Positions 1 through 8,541 of a stretch of DNA of 37,175 bases are shown here, in pieces. This stretch comes from Bacteroidota bacterium (GTDB lineage Bacteria > Bacteroidota > Bacteroidia > Bacteroidales > VadinHA17). The stretch is from assembly GCA_003245695.1 (NCBI GenBank), contig QKCK01000063.1, forward strand, positions 1 through 37,175, in the 5' to 3' direction. Within the stretch, counting starts at the first letter, position 1; every line of letters starts with the position of its first letter. A program made the translations under genes and the position numbers. The notes under the pieces were generated by a model. The model was not told where the DNA came from. It did not search any database and saw only the letters and a program-made list of their open reading frames with translations.

Positions 1-1560
1 TCTGCCTGGCCGGGCAGTGAAGCTCTGGCGAAAAGTTAAGTAAGTCACACCGTCGGTGCTGTAAGAGAACTGACACATGGCACCTTTTGATACACTTACC
101 CTCAGCCATACGGTATCACTCTCAAGAGTCACCGGGTCAGATCTCAGTATCTCAGCCCCTTTATCAGCATCGATGCATCTTGTGAGACACAGATGGTTTT
201 TTCCCGATTCACTCCTGACAGACAAGGTAGCATAGTCTGACCCCATAATTACTAATCCGGCCTCTTCATTATCAAAGTTAGCCCTGAAAGTCATTTTGGT
301 GGTGGCAGTGAACTCTTCGGCAGTGAACTTCTGTAACATCAGGTTTGGGATATCCCACAGATTTCTGAAGCCGTCAGGTTTAGGGATACAGTTGAGCCTG
401 AAAAAACCCATGTTACCGGATGGATAGCCCCATGTGAGCTGTTTGTTGGCATGCCATTGCCATTGCACTCCCTGAACAGGGTCATTGAACTCGTCGCTCC
501 CCGGAGGGGTAACGACTGTATAGCTCCTGCCCACATCCGGTTTGCGGAAGGTGGTCACCGGTTCGCCACACCCATCGCCATCAGGGTCAATACCAATTAC
601 AGGCCACCCATCTTTCCACACTAATGGATTAAGATGTACCACACGTCCATAGGCATCTTTATCCTGGAAGTGGATAAACCAATCCTCGCCGGCGACCGTT
701 GATACCCAGGCCCCCTGATGAGGGCCATTTATGGCAGTAGAGCCCTGTCTCATCACCACCTTATATTCATAAGGACCAAGAACATTATCAGAACGGAGCA
801 CCAGCTGCCATCCTGCCGTAACACCTCCTGCAGGAGCAAAGATGTAATATTTGCCTTCACGCTTATAGAATTTAGGTCCTTCAACTGTAGGGTGTTCTTC
901 ATGACCATCAAAGACAACAACATCATTATCGTATGTTGCAGTAGCATCAGGCTTCATTGAACAGACCATGAGCACGCTCTTGGTGCCTGCCCTGCTTCCG
1001 GCAAATGCATAGACGAGATATGCCTTCCCGTCATCATCCCATAGGGGAGAAGGATCAATGAGCCCCTTGCCTTCCTTTATGATAACAGGGTCACTCCATG
1101 GCCCTGACGGAGTACCGGCACTGATCATATAGATGCCATGATCCGGATCGGGGAAGATGATGTAATATCTTTTGTTGAAGTACCGTATACACGGGGCCCA
1201 TACACCACAGCCGTGACATACAGCTGAGTATTTCTCATAGGGAGGTAGCTTGTTCAGGGCATAACCCATAAGCTCCCAGTTGACAAGGTCACGTGAATGC
1301 AGTAGCGGTAAACCGGGTATACAGTTGAATGATGATGCTGTCATATAGTAATCACTATCAACACGTATCACATCCGGATCAGAATAATCGGCATGGATGA
1401 CAGGATTGGTGTAGGTACCATTACCATTGTCAGGACTCCATACCTCTGACACTGTCAGAGAAGAGTTTATGCCATCCTGTGCTGAGGCATTATTGCATGT
1501 GCAAAACACTGAAAACACCACTGGAATGATAACCAGATGATATATATGTTTACTGATCAT
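1..1560 (-). CDS. GH43 glycoside hydrolase (beta-xylosidase/arabinofuranosidase-like), secreted; 3' end runs off the window
   Basis: Absent from the ORF track because no stop falls in the window. Manual translation from ATG 1560 gives a signal-like N-terminus, then YTNPVIHADYSDPDVIRVDSDYYMTASSF..PGLPLLHSRDLVNW; the same frame reads FSYSTDGVTY..FTARPGR at the window edge, as in the GH43 C-terminal beta-sandwich. Confidence 0.9.
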   Translation of the reverse strand, partial: MISKHIYHLVIIPVVFSVFCTCNNASAQDGINSSLTVSEVWSPDNGNGTYTNPVIHADYSDPDVIRVDSDYYMTASSFNCIPGLPLLHSRDLVNWELMGYALNKLPPYEKYSAVCHGCGVWAPCIRYFNKRYYIIFPDPDHGIYMISAGTPSGPWSDPVIIKEGKGLIDPSPLWDDDGKAYLVYAFAGSRAGTKSVLMVCSMKPDATATYDNDVVVFDGHEEHPTVEGPKFYKREGKYYIFAPAGGVTAGWQLVLRSDNVLGPYEYKVVMRQGSTAINGPHQGAWVSTVAGEDWFIHFQDKDAYGRVVHLNPLVWKDGWPVIGIDPDGDGCGEPVTTFRKPDVGRSYTVVTPPGSDEFNDPVQGVQWQWHANKQLTWGYPSGNMGFFRLNCIPKPDGFRNLWDIPNLMLQKFTAEEFTATTKMTFRANFDNEEAGLVIMGSDYATLSVRSESGKNHLCLTRCIDADKGAEILRSDPVTLESDTVWLRVSVSKGAMCQFSYSTDGVTYLTFRQSFTARPGR

Positions 1561-1588
1561 ATAAATGAAATAAAGATTCATGCTGATT

Positions 1589-1596
1589 CAAATTTA
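1589..1596 (-). promoter_or_regulatory. Bacteroidota -7 box (TAAATTTG) upstream of the GH43 gene
   Basis: Matches TAnnTTTG about 30 nt upstream of ATG 1560. Confidence 0.45.
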
Positions 1597-1655
1597 AATA
1601 ACTATTTTAGTACATCCTATATCATCGGGTTGATAATAGGAAAACCTGATCGGAG

Positions 1656-2138
1656 ATGAATCGTACGCGTGGCCAATTCATAGTAATATGGATAATTTAC
1701 GGATTTGCTTTGCTTTTTGCACTGGAACAGACAGTTCTCCTTCTTAAAGAGCTGATAACCCTCGCCGGAATGAAGCTTGATATTGCTCCCGGCATCGTCA
1801 AATACTCACAGGCATTCTGCTATTTCCTTGCATGGGTGGCAATACTCCTGATACTTATAAAGATAATCAGAGGTGAAGGTGTCTCTTTCACTGATATAAG
1901 ATTCAGAAAATTCAGGCATCATCTCCTGATCTTTGTTATTGTGGGGATCGTTGCCCAGGTAGCAACTGAATATGTTATTAAGGCCCGAAGGGCTGCCTTC
2001 AGACCATATCTGAACAGGCATGACTCATCCATGGTCGAGTTTCTTAATCAGTCACAGGTAGTAAAAATCATTCCAATATTACTTATAGCGGCCACTCTGT
2101 TCGTTGCTTTTTTTGTTCTTACCAGAGAAGAGGAGTAG
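1656..2138 (+). CDS. Hypothetical integral membrane protein (about 4 TM segments)
   Basis: 160-aa ORF with four hydrophobic stretches, co-oriented with and close to the next two genes. Confidence 0.7.
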   Translation: MNRTRGQFIVIWIIYGFALLFALEQTVLLLKELITLAGMKLDIAPGIVKYSQAFCYFLAWVAILLILIKIIRGEGVSFTDIRFRKFRHHLLIFVIVGIVAQVATEYVIKARRAAFRPYLNRHDSSMVEFLNQSQVVKIIPILLIAATLFVAFFVLTREEE

Positions 2139-2145
2139 TTTAGTA

Positions 2146-2505
2146 ATGAAAATTGAAATAGTAACCCTTAACGGGAAGGATATTGCCGAAGTCATATCTG
2201 ACGGCATTGTAATCAGGGAGACTCAGGATGCACTTGATCTGATGGCTGACTGCAGCTACCAGGGTTGCAGCCGTATCATTATCCATGAAGAGAATATCAT
2301 TCCCGGGTTCTTCGATCTGAAAACAAGGATAGCCGGAGACATACTTCAGAAGTTCTCAACATATAATGTGCGCCTTGCCATTGTAGGCGATTTTGTTAAG
2401 TTTCATGGAAAGAGTCTTCGTGACTTTATCGTGGAAAGTAACCGATATGGACGCATATGTTTTACCTCAACAACAGAGGAGGCTCGTGAGAAACTGGCAC
2501 ATTAA
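2146..2505 (+). CDS. DUF4180 family protein
   Basis: QDALDL..FFDLKTRIAGDILQKFSTY..RLAIVGDF..SLRDFIVESNR motifs; start moved to ATG 2146 (MKIEIV), just after the upstream stop. Confidence 0.85.
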   Translation: MKIEIVTLNGKDIAEVISDGIVIRETQDALDLMADCSYQGCSRIIIHEENIIPGFFDLKTRIAGDILQKFSTYNVRLAIVGDFVKFHGKSLRDFIVESNRYGRICFTSTTEEAREKLAH

Positions 2506-2527
2506 AAGAGAGAGAGGCAAATCTCCT

Positions 2528-3166
2528 ATGATAAAAAGAAAGCGTTCGATATATGTGCTGTCACTGTTCTTTATTGGTTTAGCACTTCTCCTGGTACCTG
2601 ATATGATAGTGCGAAGGTCATGCCGTGGATTGCTGTTTACATCTGAGGAGGAAGTACCGCACAACAAAGCCGGACTATTGCTTGGCACATCAAAATATAC
2701 CGGCAGGGGTAGGCTAAACCTCTATTACAAGTACCGTATTGATGCTGCAGTAAGCTTATATAAGGCTGGTAAGATAGATTATATACTGGTTAGCGGAGAT
2801 AACAGCCGTAAAAGCTACGATGAGCCCACGGAGATGAAGAATGACCTTGTAAATGCCGGTGTACCTGCCGGAAAGATTTTTCCCGACTATGCCGGCTTTC
2901 GTACTCTTGACTCTGTAGTACGTTGCAGGGAGATATTCAGCCAGGATAGTATAACAGTTATCTCACAACGTTTTCATAACGAAAGAGCAGTATTTATTGC
3001 TAAGCATAAGGGAATAACAGCTGTTGGCTTTAATGCCAGGGATGTAACCCGTTCGTATGGAGCAAAGACCAGGGCAAGGGAAAAGCTGGCACGGGTGAAG
3101 ATGCTGGCCGATCTTGTCTTTGGCAAGAAACCGAAGTTCCTCGGAGAGAAGGTGGAGATAAGGTAA
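2528..3166 (+). CDS. sanA: SanA/YdcF (DUF218) family protein
   Basis: LLLGTSKY, YRIDAA, ILVSGDN..YDEP, DYAGFRTLDS, ISQRFHNERA and REKLAR motifs plus an N-terminal TM anchor; start moved to ATG 2528. Confidence 0.88.
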   Translation: MIKRKRSIYVLSLFFIGLALLLVPDMIVRRSCRGLLFTSEEEVPHNKAGLLLGTSKYTGRGRLNLYYKYRIDAAVSLYKAGKIDYILVSGDNSRKSYDEPTEMKNDLVNAGVPAGKIFPDYAGFRTLDSVVRCREIFSQDSITVISQRFHNERAVFIAKHKGITAVGFNARDVTRSYGAKTRAREKLARVKMLADLVFGKKPKFLGEKVEIR

Positions 3167-3192
3167 CCTCAAATACAGTTTTTATCAGCCTC

Positions 3193-3237
3193 AAAAAAAG
3201 AACCCTGCTCCGGTTATTCCGGGCAGGGTTTTCTTTT
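3193..3237. terminator. Bidirectional intrinsic terminator between convergent sanA and fba
   Basis: AACCCTGC(T)CCGG-loop-CCGGGCAGGGTT stem with an A-run on the left and a T-rich tail on the right. Confidence 0.85.
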
Positions 3238-3257
3238 AAAGATTTTAGTCCTGAAAT

Positions 3258-4229
3258 TTATGCCTTATCGTTGCTTCCCAGAACGTTAACCACCTTATGT
3301 TTATACAGTTCTTTCAGTTTATCACGTGCCGGACCCAGATAGTTGCGTGGATCAAACTCACCGGGTTTCTCAACAAACACCTTGCGGATGGCAGCTGTCA
3401 TTGCCAGACGACCATCACTGTCAATGTTTATCTTGCAGACAGCTGACTTGGCAGCTCTGCGAAGCTGATCTTCAGAGATGCCGGCAGTATTTTCCATCTT
3501 ACCACCATACTGGTTTATCTCAGCAACGATATCCTGTGGTACGGAAGAGGCACCATGGAGAACAATAGGGAAACCAGGGATACGTTTCTCACACTCTTCA
3601 AGAATGTCAAAACGAAGTGGTGGAGGCATCTCTCCGGGGGCAACCTTGAACTTGAACGCACCATGAGATGTACCTATAGAAATTGCCAGTGAATCAACCC
3701 CGGTCTTCTTTACAAAATCTTCAACCTCTTCAGGCCTGGTATATGATGAATGCTCTGCGGAAACCTCATCTTCAATACCTGCAAGAACACCCAACTCACC
3801 CTCAACAGTGACATCGTACTGATGTGCAAAGTCAACAACCTGCTTTGTAAGTCTTACATTTTCTTCATATGAGAAATGAGAACCGTCAATCATAACAGAT
3901 GAAAAACCCATCTCAATACATGACTTACATGTCTCAAATGAATCACCATGATCAAGATGCAATACAATAGGTATTGCACAACCTAACTCCTTTGAATATT
4001 CAACCGCTCCCTTGGCAAGATACTGGAGCAGGGTCTGGTTAGCATACTTACGCGCACCCTTTGATACCTGTAGTATCACCGGCGATTTTGTCTCAACACA
4101 GGCACTGATAATAGCCTGCATCTGCTCAAGATTATTGAAGTTGAAGGCAGGAATCGCATATCCTCCCTTAACAGCTCCCTTGAACAACTCTCTCGAATTA
4201 ACTAACCCTAATTCCTTATAATGTACCAT
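3258..4229 (-). CDS. fba: Class II fructose-1,6-bisphosphate aldolase
   Basis: PAFNFNN, LHLDHG, SVMIDGS, VEGELG, IGTSHGAFKF, VLHGASS, KINIDSD and FDPR motifs. Confidence 0.97.
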   Translation of the reverse strand: MVHYKELGLVNSRELFKGAVKGGYAIPAFNFNNLEQMQAIISACVETKSPVILQVSKGARKYANQTLLQYLAKGAVEYSKELGCAIPIVLHLDHGDSFETCKSCIEMGFSSVMIDGSHFSYEENVRLTKQVVDFAHQYDVTVEGELGVLAGIEDEVSAEHSSYTRPEEVEDFVKKTGVDSLAISIGTSHGAFKFKVAPGEMPPPLRFDILEECEKRIPGFPIVLHGASSVPQDIVAEINQYGGKMENTAGISEDQLRRAAKSAVCKINIDSDGRLAMTAAIRKVFVEKPGEFDPRNYLGPARDKLKELYKHKVVNVLGSNDKA

Positions 4230-4436
4230 AATAATTTGTGTTTAAATGATCTGGTTAAGATACGTCTTTTAGAGGTAGCTGCAAAATCTTTTACAAAAAT
4301 CAGAACAATGCTTTAAATCATTCAGTGTCTGTTAGCGGATCTTCTGGTGCCTGTCTCTGCACTTATCCGGCAATTGAACTTATGTTATGCACTCATACTG
4401 TTTTTATGATTCGTAATAAAAGAAAAAGTCAAAAAT

Positions 4437-4469
4437 TTTGTATTTGTAAATATTAATATTTTATATTTG
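4437..4469 (+). promoter_or_regulatory. Bacteroidota primary-sigma promoter of the padR operon
   Basis: TTTG (4437-4440), 21-nt spacer, TATATTTG (4462-4469). Confidence 0.7.
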
Positions 4470-4472
4470 CAA

Positions 4473-4491
4473 TATATAAGAAACTTATATA
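4473..4491. promoter_or_regulatory. Putative PadR operator
   Basis: Perfect inverted repeat TATATAAG-aaa-CTTATATA over the expected transcription start, 9 nt before the padR ATG. Confidence 0.6.
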
Positions 4492-4500
4492 ATAAGAAAT

Positions 4501-4845
4501 ATGATATCAACAGATTTGATTAAGGGGTCGCTTAAGACGATAGTCCTTAAAGTACTTGAAGAAAACGGACGCATGTATGGGTATGAGATAACGCGTAAGG
4601 TTGAGGAACTCACTGAAGGGAAGATCAAGCTTACCTACGGAGCTCTCTACCCTGTGTTGCATAAGCTTGAGAGTGACGGGGTTCTTGTAACAGAGTCGGA
4701 AAATTACAACAACCGTATTCGCATCTACTATTCTCTTACCGAGAAGGGGCATTCAGTGGTAGCAGAGAAGATAAGGGAGATGAAGGATTTTATTGAGTCT
4801 CTTCAGAGCATTGTTAACCCGCAGACTGGTATTAGTTATGCCTGA
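4501..4845 (+). CDS. PadR family transcriptional regulator
   Basis: KGSL..IVLKVL..MYGYEI..GALYPVLHKLE..R.YYSLTEKG winged-helix signature, 114 aa. Confidence 0.95.
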   Translation: MISTDLIKGSLKTIVLKVLEENGRMYGYEITRKVEELTEGKIKLTYGALYPVLHKLESDGVLVTESENYNNRIRIYYSLTEKGHSVVAEKIREMKDFIESLQSIVNPQTGISYA

Positions 4846-6283
4846 GTTGACTCTCAACGAGATAGACAGGATAAGCCGTGACGTGAGGTCACAGGAGATC
4901 ACCTTTTCACATCTGGCTGATGAGCTTATAGATCATATCTGTTGTGATGTGGAGTATGAGATGATGCATGGTCTTGAGTTTCATGATGCATATAGGTCTG
5001 TCAGGGAGAGGATAGGTACGCGGAGGCTAAAGGAGATTCAGGAAGACACTTTGTATTCAGTTGACACAAAATACAGAAAGATGAAAAAGACAATGAAGAT
5101 TTCCGGCATAGCGGGCACGGGGTTGCTCGGTATTGCCGCAATGTTTAAGATTATGCACTGGCCCGGTGCCGGCATAATGATGACTCTAGGTGCATTGGCG
5201 CTGGCCTTTGTATTCTTACCTTCTTCCCTGACTGTTCTCTGGAAGGAGTCACACAGCGGAAAGAGGTTATTCCTCTTTATCTCTGCATTCTTTGCTGGTA
5301 TGTTTTTTATAGTGGGAATTCTCTTTAAGATACAGCACTGGCCGGTGGCTGGTGTAGTATTGGCTTTGGCAGTAGTTACGGCCCTTTTCTTCTTATTGCC
5401 GGCATTACTGACATATCAGTTGAAGAGACTGGAAGATAAAACTTTAAAGAAGATTTACATTCTGGGGGCTATAGGGCTGGTATTTTATATCATTGGGCTA
5501 TTCTGTAAGATACAGCATTATCCCGGTGCAAATATTATGCTGCTTACAGGAGTGATATTTCTGTTCTTTATTGTATTTCCATGGTATTCATATTTAAAAT
5601 GGAAAGATGAATATAACATCAGTTCCGGGTTTCTGTTTATTGTTATTGGTTCAGTAGCTCTTGTTGTTCCTTCATTACTTGTAAGTCTGAACCTTCAGCG
5701 ATCGTATGAGGTAGACTTCTATTCTCATCAGAGAGAGCAACAGGCACTCTTTAATTACAGCTATAATATTAACAGTGAGTACAGGTCAGCATGCAATGAC
5801 ACTGCTGATGCAAGATTAATGTCAGAGGTAGATGCTGTAACTGAAGAAATTCTGAATCTGGTTTCCGGAATAGAAAAAAAGATGGTTACGACATCAGAAG
5901 GTAAACCAGGCACGCCTGCAGATGCAGGGCTCTATTTTATTTCTTCGGAAAGTGGGAATGAAATACGATATGCAGCCTTAAAAAGGCCGTTTAATATCTC
6001 TGCTTACAGCTACTTCCTTGCTGCAGGAACAGAAACGAGGACTATGCTGGATGATTCTTTACAGAAGTACTCTTCCTATATCGCATCCTTTGCTACGGAT
6101 AATGCTGCCATGGCTTATACCAGGCTGCTTGATCCCTCTGCTTATTTTGATGTGGCTTCATCTGTAGAAAGTGTTCCGTTGATGAGAGCACTTCATATGA
6201 CAGCATTGCTTAAAAACAGTATACTGGCAGCTGAAGCAATGGTATTAAAGTCAATAACGAACAAAGCAGTAACAAAAAATTAA
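4838..6283 (+). CDS. Membrane protein: N-terminal HAAS/permease-prefix-like helical domain, three GldL-like TM hairpins, one GldM-like TM helix and periplasmic domain
   Basis: Start moved to ATG 4838, overlapping the end of padR. ELIDHICCDVEYEM..G..F.DAY..V..RIG; FKIMHWPGA, FKIQHWPVA and CKIQHYPGA at exactly 60-aa spacing; final TM ends SLLVSLNLQRS; C-terminus VPLMRALHMTALLKNSILAAEAMVL. Confidence 0.75.
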   Translation: MPELTLNEIDRISRDVRSQEITFSHLADELIDHICCDVEYEMMHGLEFHDAYRSVRERIGTRRLKEIQEDTLYSVDTKYRKMKKTMKISGIAGTGLLGIAAMFKIMHWPGAGIMMTLGALALAFVFLPSSLTVLWKESHSGKRLFLFISAFFAGMFFIVGILFKIQHWPVAGVVLALAVVTALFFLLPALLTYQLKRLEDKTLKKIYILGAIGLVFYIIGLFCKIQHYPGANIMLLTGVIFLFFIVFPWYSYLKWKDEYNISSGFLFIVIGSVALVVPSLLVSLNLQRSYEVDFYSHQREQQALFNYSYNINSEYRSACNDTADARLMSEVDAVTEEILNLVSGIEKKMVTTSEGKPGTPADAGLYFISSESGNEIRYAALKRPFNISAYSYFLAAGTETRTMLDDSLQKYSSYIASFATDNAAMAYTRLLDPSAYFDVASSVESVPLMRALHMTALLKNSILAAEAMVLKSITNKAVTKN

Positions 6284-6287
6284 AGCC

Positions 6288-7223
6288 ATGAAAAAGAAGC
6301 TATATATTTTAGGTTTAGTAGATGTGGGTGTTATTGTTCTTGGTGCAATATTCAAGCTCAATCACCTTCCTGGTGCCGGCATTCTTCTTAGTGCAGGTAT
6401 TATCACTATGGTTTTTATCTTTCTCCCTCTGGCACTATGGAGTAATTTCCGTTACGAAGACGAGAAGCAGCCGGCTCTCCTTAACATTGTTACATGGATC
6501 ACCTGTTTTGTGATTTTTATCTCAATGCTGTTCAAGCTTATGCATTGGCCTGGTGCCGGTAAAATGCTTATGGTGGCACTTCCGTTCCCATTCCTGGTAT
6601 ACCTCCCTGTTTATCTTGTTGTTACATCCAGGATAAAGGGTTACAGTATTTATAAGACAGTGAATGTGTTGTTCCTTCTGGCCGCTGTAGCAGTTATTTC
6701 AGCCTTACTGGCTCTTAATGTCACAAAGGAGAGGATAAATGACAGTCTGGCATTGTCAGAAGACTATAATAAGGTAGAGGCGTTACTGGCTGATCTGCCG
6801 CATCAGGAGACAGACAAGGCTATGTATGATGGTATTGATAATGTTCTGGCTGTTGTTGATGATTATCAGAGAGAGATATTAATGGTCTACGGGCTGTCTG
6901 AAGAAGAATGGAACAAAAACCCTCAGGCCATAGTCGATTACGCAACAAGGAAAGTTGGTGCCGCCGGGCTCATAAGGGGTGACGGGCAGCATGCTGACAC
7001 CAGGCTTGAGGATGCACTTATCGCTCTGCTAAAGATATCTGATGAGGCAGGAGAGACAAAGGCATTAACCATGAGCATTGGAGACGTTGTTGGTTTACGT
7101 AAGCCTTTTCATGAGCACGGTCTGTGGAGCAATCTTTTATTCGGAAATGTGACGCTGTCGTGGGTTTTAGTGTACCTCGATGGTCTTGAGACAGATCTTA
7201 AGATTATCAGGTCAACGCTCTGA
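6288..7223 (+). CDS. Membrane protein: two GldL-like TM hairpins, one GldM-like TM helix and periplasmic domain
   Basis: GAIFKLNHLPGA and MLFKLMHWPGA at 60-aa spacing; ALLALNVTKE resembles the GldM/PorM motif A(M/L)LALNVS(K/A)E; C-terminus WSNLLFGNVTLSWVLVYLDGLETDLK. Confidence 0.75.
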   Translation: MKKKLYILGLVDVGVIVLGAIFKLNHLPGAGILLSAGIITMVFIFLPLALWSNFRYEDEKQPALLNIVTWITCFVIFISMLFKLMHWPGAGKMLMVALPFPFLVYLPVYLVVTSRIKGYSIYKTVNVLFLLAAVAVISALLALNVTKERINDSLALSEDYNKVEALLADLPHQETDKAMYDGIDNVLAVVDDYQREILMVYGLSEEEWNKNPQAIVDYATRKVGAAGLIRGDGQHADTRLEDALIALLKISDEAGETKALTMSIGDVVGLRKPFHEHGLWSNLLFGNVTLSWVLVYLDGLETDLKIIRSTL

Positions 7224-7272
7224 CCGGAAACATGTAAAGGATAAAGCGAGACAGGGTGCAATGGAGACAATC

Positions 7273-8373
7273 CTATTTCACCCTGTTTATCTCTTTAAAG
7301 AGGGCCCTGAAACATGCTGCTTCACTTTTTTTCTCTGACTGATCAGGGTTATAGAACGAATCCAGGAATCTGTTGTTTCCTGACCATACTGTCTGCATCA
7401 TTCCCTGGTAGTTTTCTTTTATGGTGGCATCAGATCTTTTTCTAAAGTGCCTGATCATTCGGGTCTGTTTCACTGCAACGGAGGGGTTTCTCCAGGGGCA
7501 GGTAATGACTCTCAATCCTTTTTCAGCAAACAGAGGGGCAGTCTTGTGGGCATGTTCATAATGCCAGTCACATATCACGATGTCCTTTTTTATCATCTCT
7601 ATTGCAGGCCAGGTGCCGTTGAAACTTCCTTCCCATCCGCCTGTACCTGAGGTGTGTCCGTCGATGAGGCGGTCACCCCATATCCACAGCTCACGATTTC
7701 TGAGAGCCAGATGATCACGGATTCTGTTCACTTCGTCTGCAAACAACTCTGCCCTGTTATGGCCAGCACACCGTGTACAACGACCGATATAAAACACCTC
7801 ATCCATACCGGCATGGAAGGCATCGCTCTCAAATACATCACATATCTCATCAACGATATCAAAAACGATCTGGTGTACATCAGGATGTAACGGACAATAG
7901 CTCTTGCAATAGAGACTATCCTTGTTTGGCCATTTATACTTCTCCGGCATTTCTACTTCCGGTGTCTCGTCAAACTCAGGGTAGGCAGAAAGCAGCTTGC
8001 CTGTTCTCTCTGCCCACGACTGATGACCAAGGAGATTTACCTGGGGGATGAGCCTGATGTTATTCTTGCGGCATACCTCTACCAGCTGTTTTACATCGCT
8101 CTCAGACAACCCTGAGGGGTCAGCAAGTTCCGGATGACTCTTATACCTGTAACCGTATTGCACCATGAGTACAATGACATTAACATCCCTGGGAGCCAGT
8201 TCCTCGTCAATGAACCTGACAAACCTCTCAATATGTTCAGGAGCCGGGGCAGAGATGCAGAATCCTCTTACCGGTAGTATACTATCATCATGCCTTAAAG
8301 AGCAAGATAATGCAAGTATTCCTGAAAGTACAATTATTACTGACAGACCTGAAAATACAATTATTCTTCTCAT
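7273..8373 (-). CDS. GH20-like glycoside hydrolase (hexosaminidase-like), probable lipoprotein
   Basis: LALSC lipobox-like signal; IPQVNLLGH, FHAGMDEV (catalytic DE pair), WGDRL and CDWHY motifs. Confidence 0.8.
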   Translation of the reverse strand: MRRIIVFSGLSVIIVLSGILALSCSLRHDDSILPVRGFCISAPAPEHIERFVRFIDEELAPRDVNVIVLMVQYGYRYKSHPELADPSGLSESDVKQLVEVCRKNNIRLIPQVNLLGHQSWAERTGKLLSAYPEFDETPEVEMPEKYKWPNKDSLYCKSYCPLHPDVHQIVFDIVDEICDVFESDAFHAGMDEVFYIGRCTRCAGHNRAELFADEVNRIRDHLALRNRELWIWGDRLIDGHTSGTGGWEGSFNGTWPAIEMIKKDIVICDWHYEHAHKTAPLFAEKGLRVITCPWRNPSVAVKQTRMIRHFRKRSDATIKENYQGMMQTVWSGNNRFLDSFYNPDQSEKKSEAACFRALFKEINRVK

Positions 8374-8541
8374 GGCTTTTTTTTATTAAATGTCAGAAAA
8401 ATATTGATCTGAGCAAAAAACATTGATCGGTAGAAATCTGTTATTCTGATATCAGCAGAATAAAATATAGCGTGTATCTTAGCGTATATCTGTGGTAATA
8501 ATACCTGAGAGATATTTATGGTGGAGTAAAATAAAAAGGGG

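Noticed and set aside
339-960. Short ORFs at 339-536, 718-960 and 753-947
   Set aside because: They overlap the GH43 gene (1-1560, minus strand), which has clear motifs
4838-7223. Calling these genes the canonical gldL/gldM (porL/porM)
   Set aside because: Fused repeat architecture, no TMH2 Glu, no GldL cytoplasmic tail, no GldM D2-D4 and no adjacent gldK or gldN
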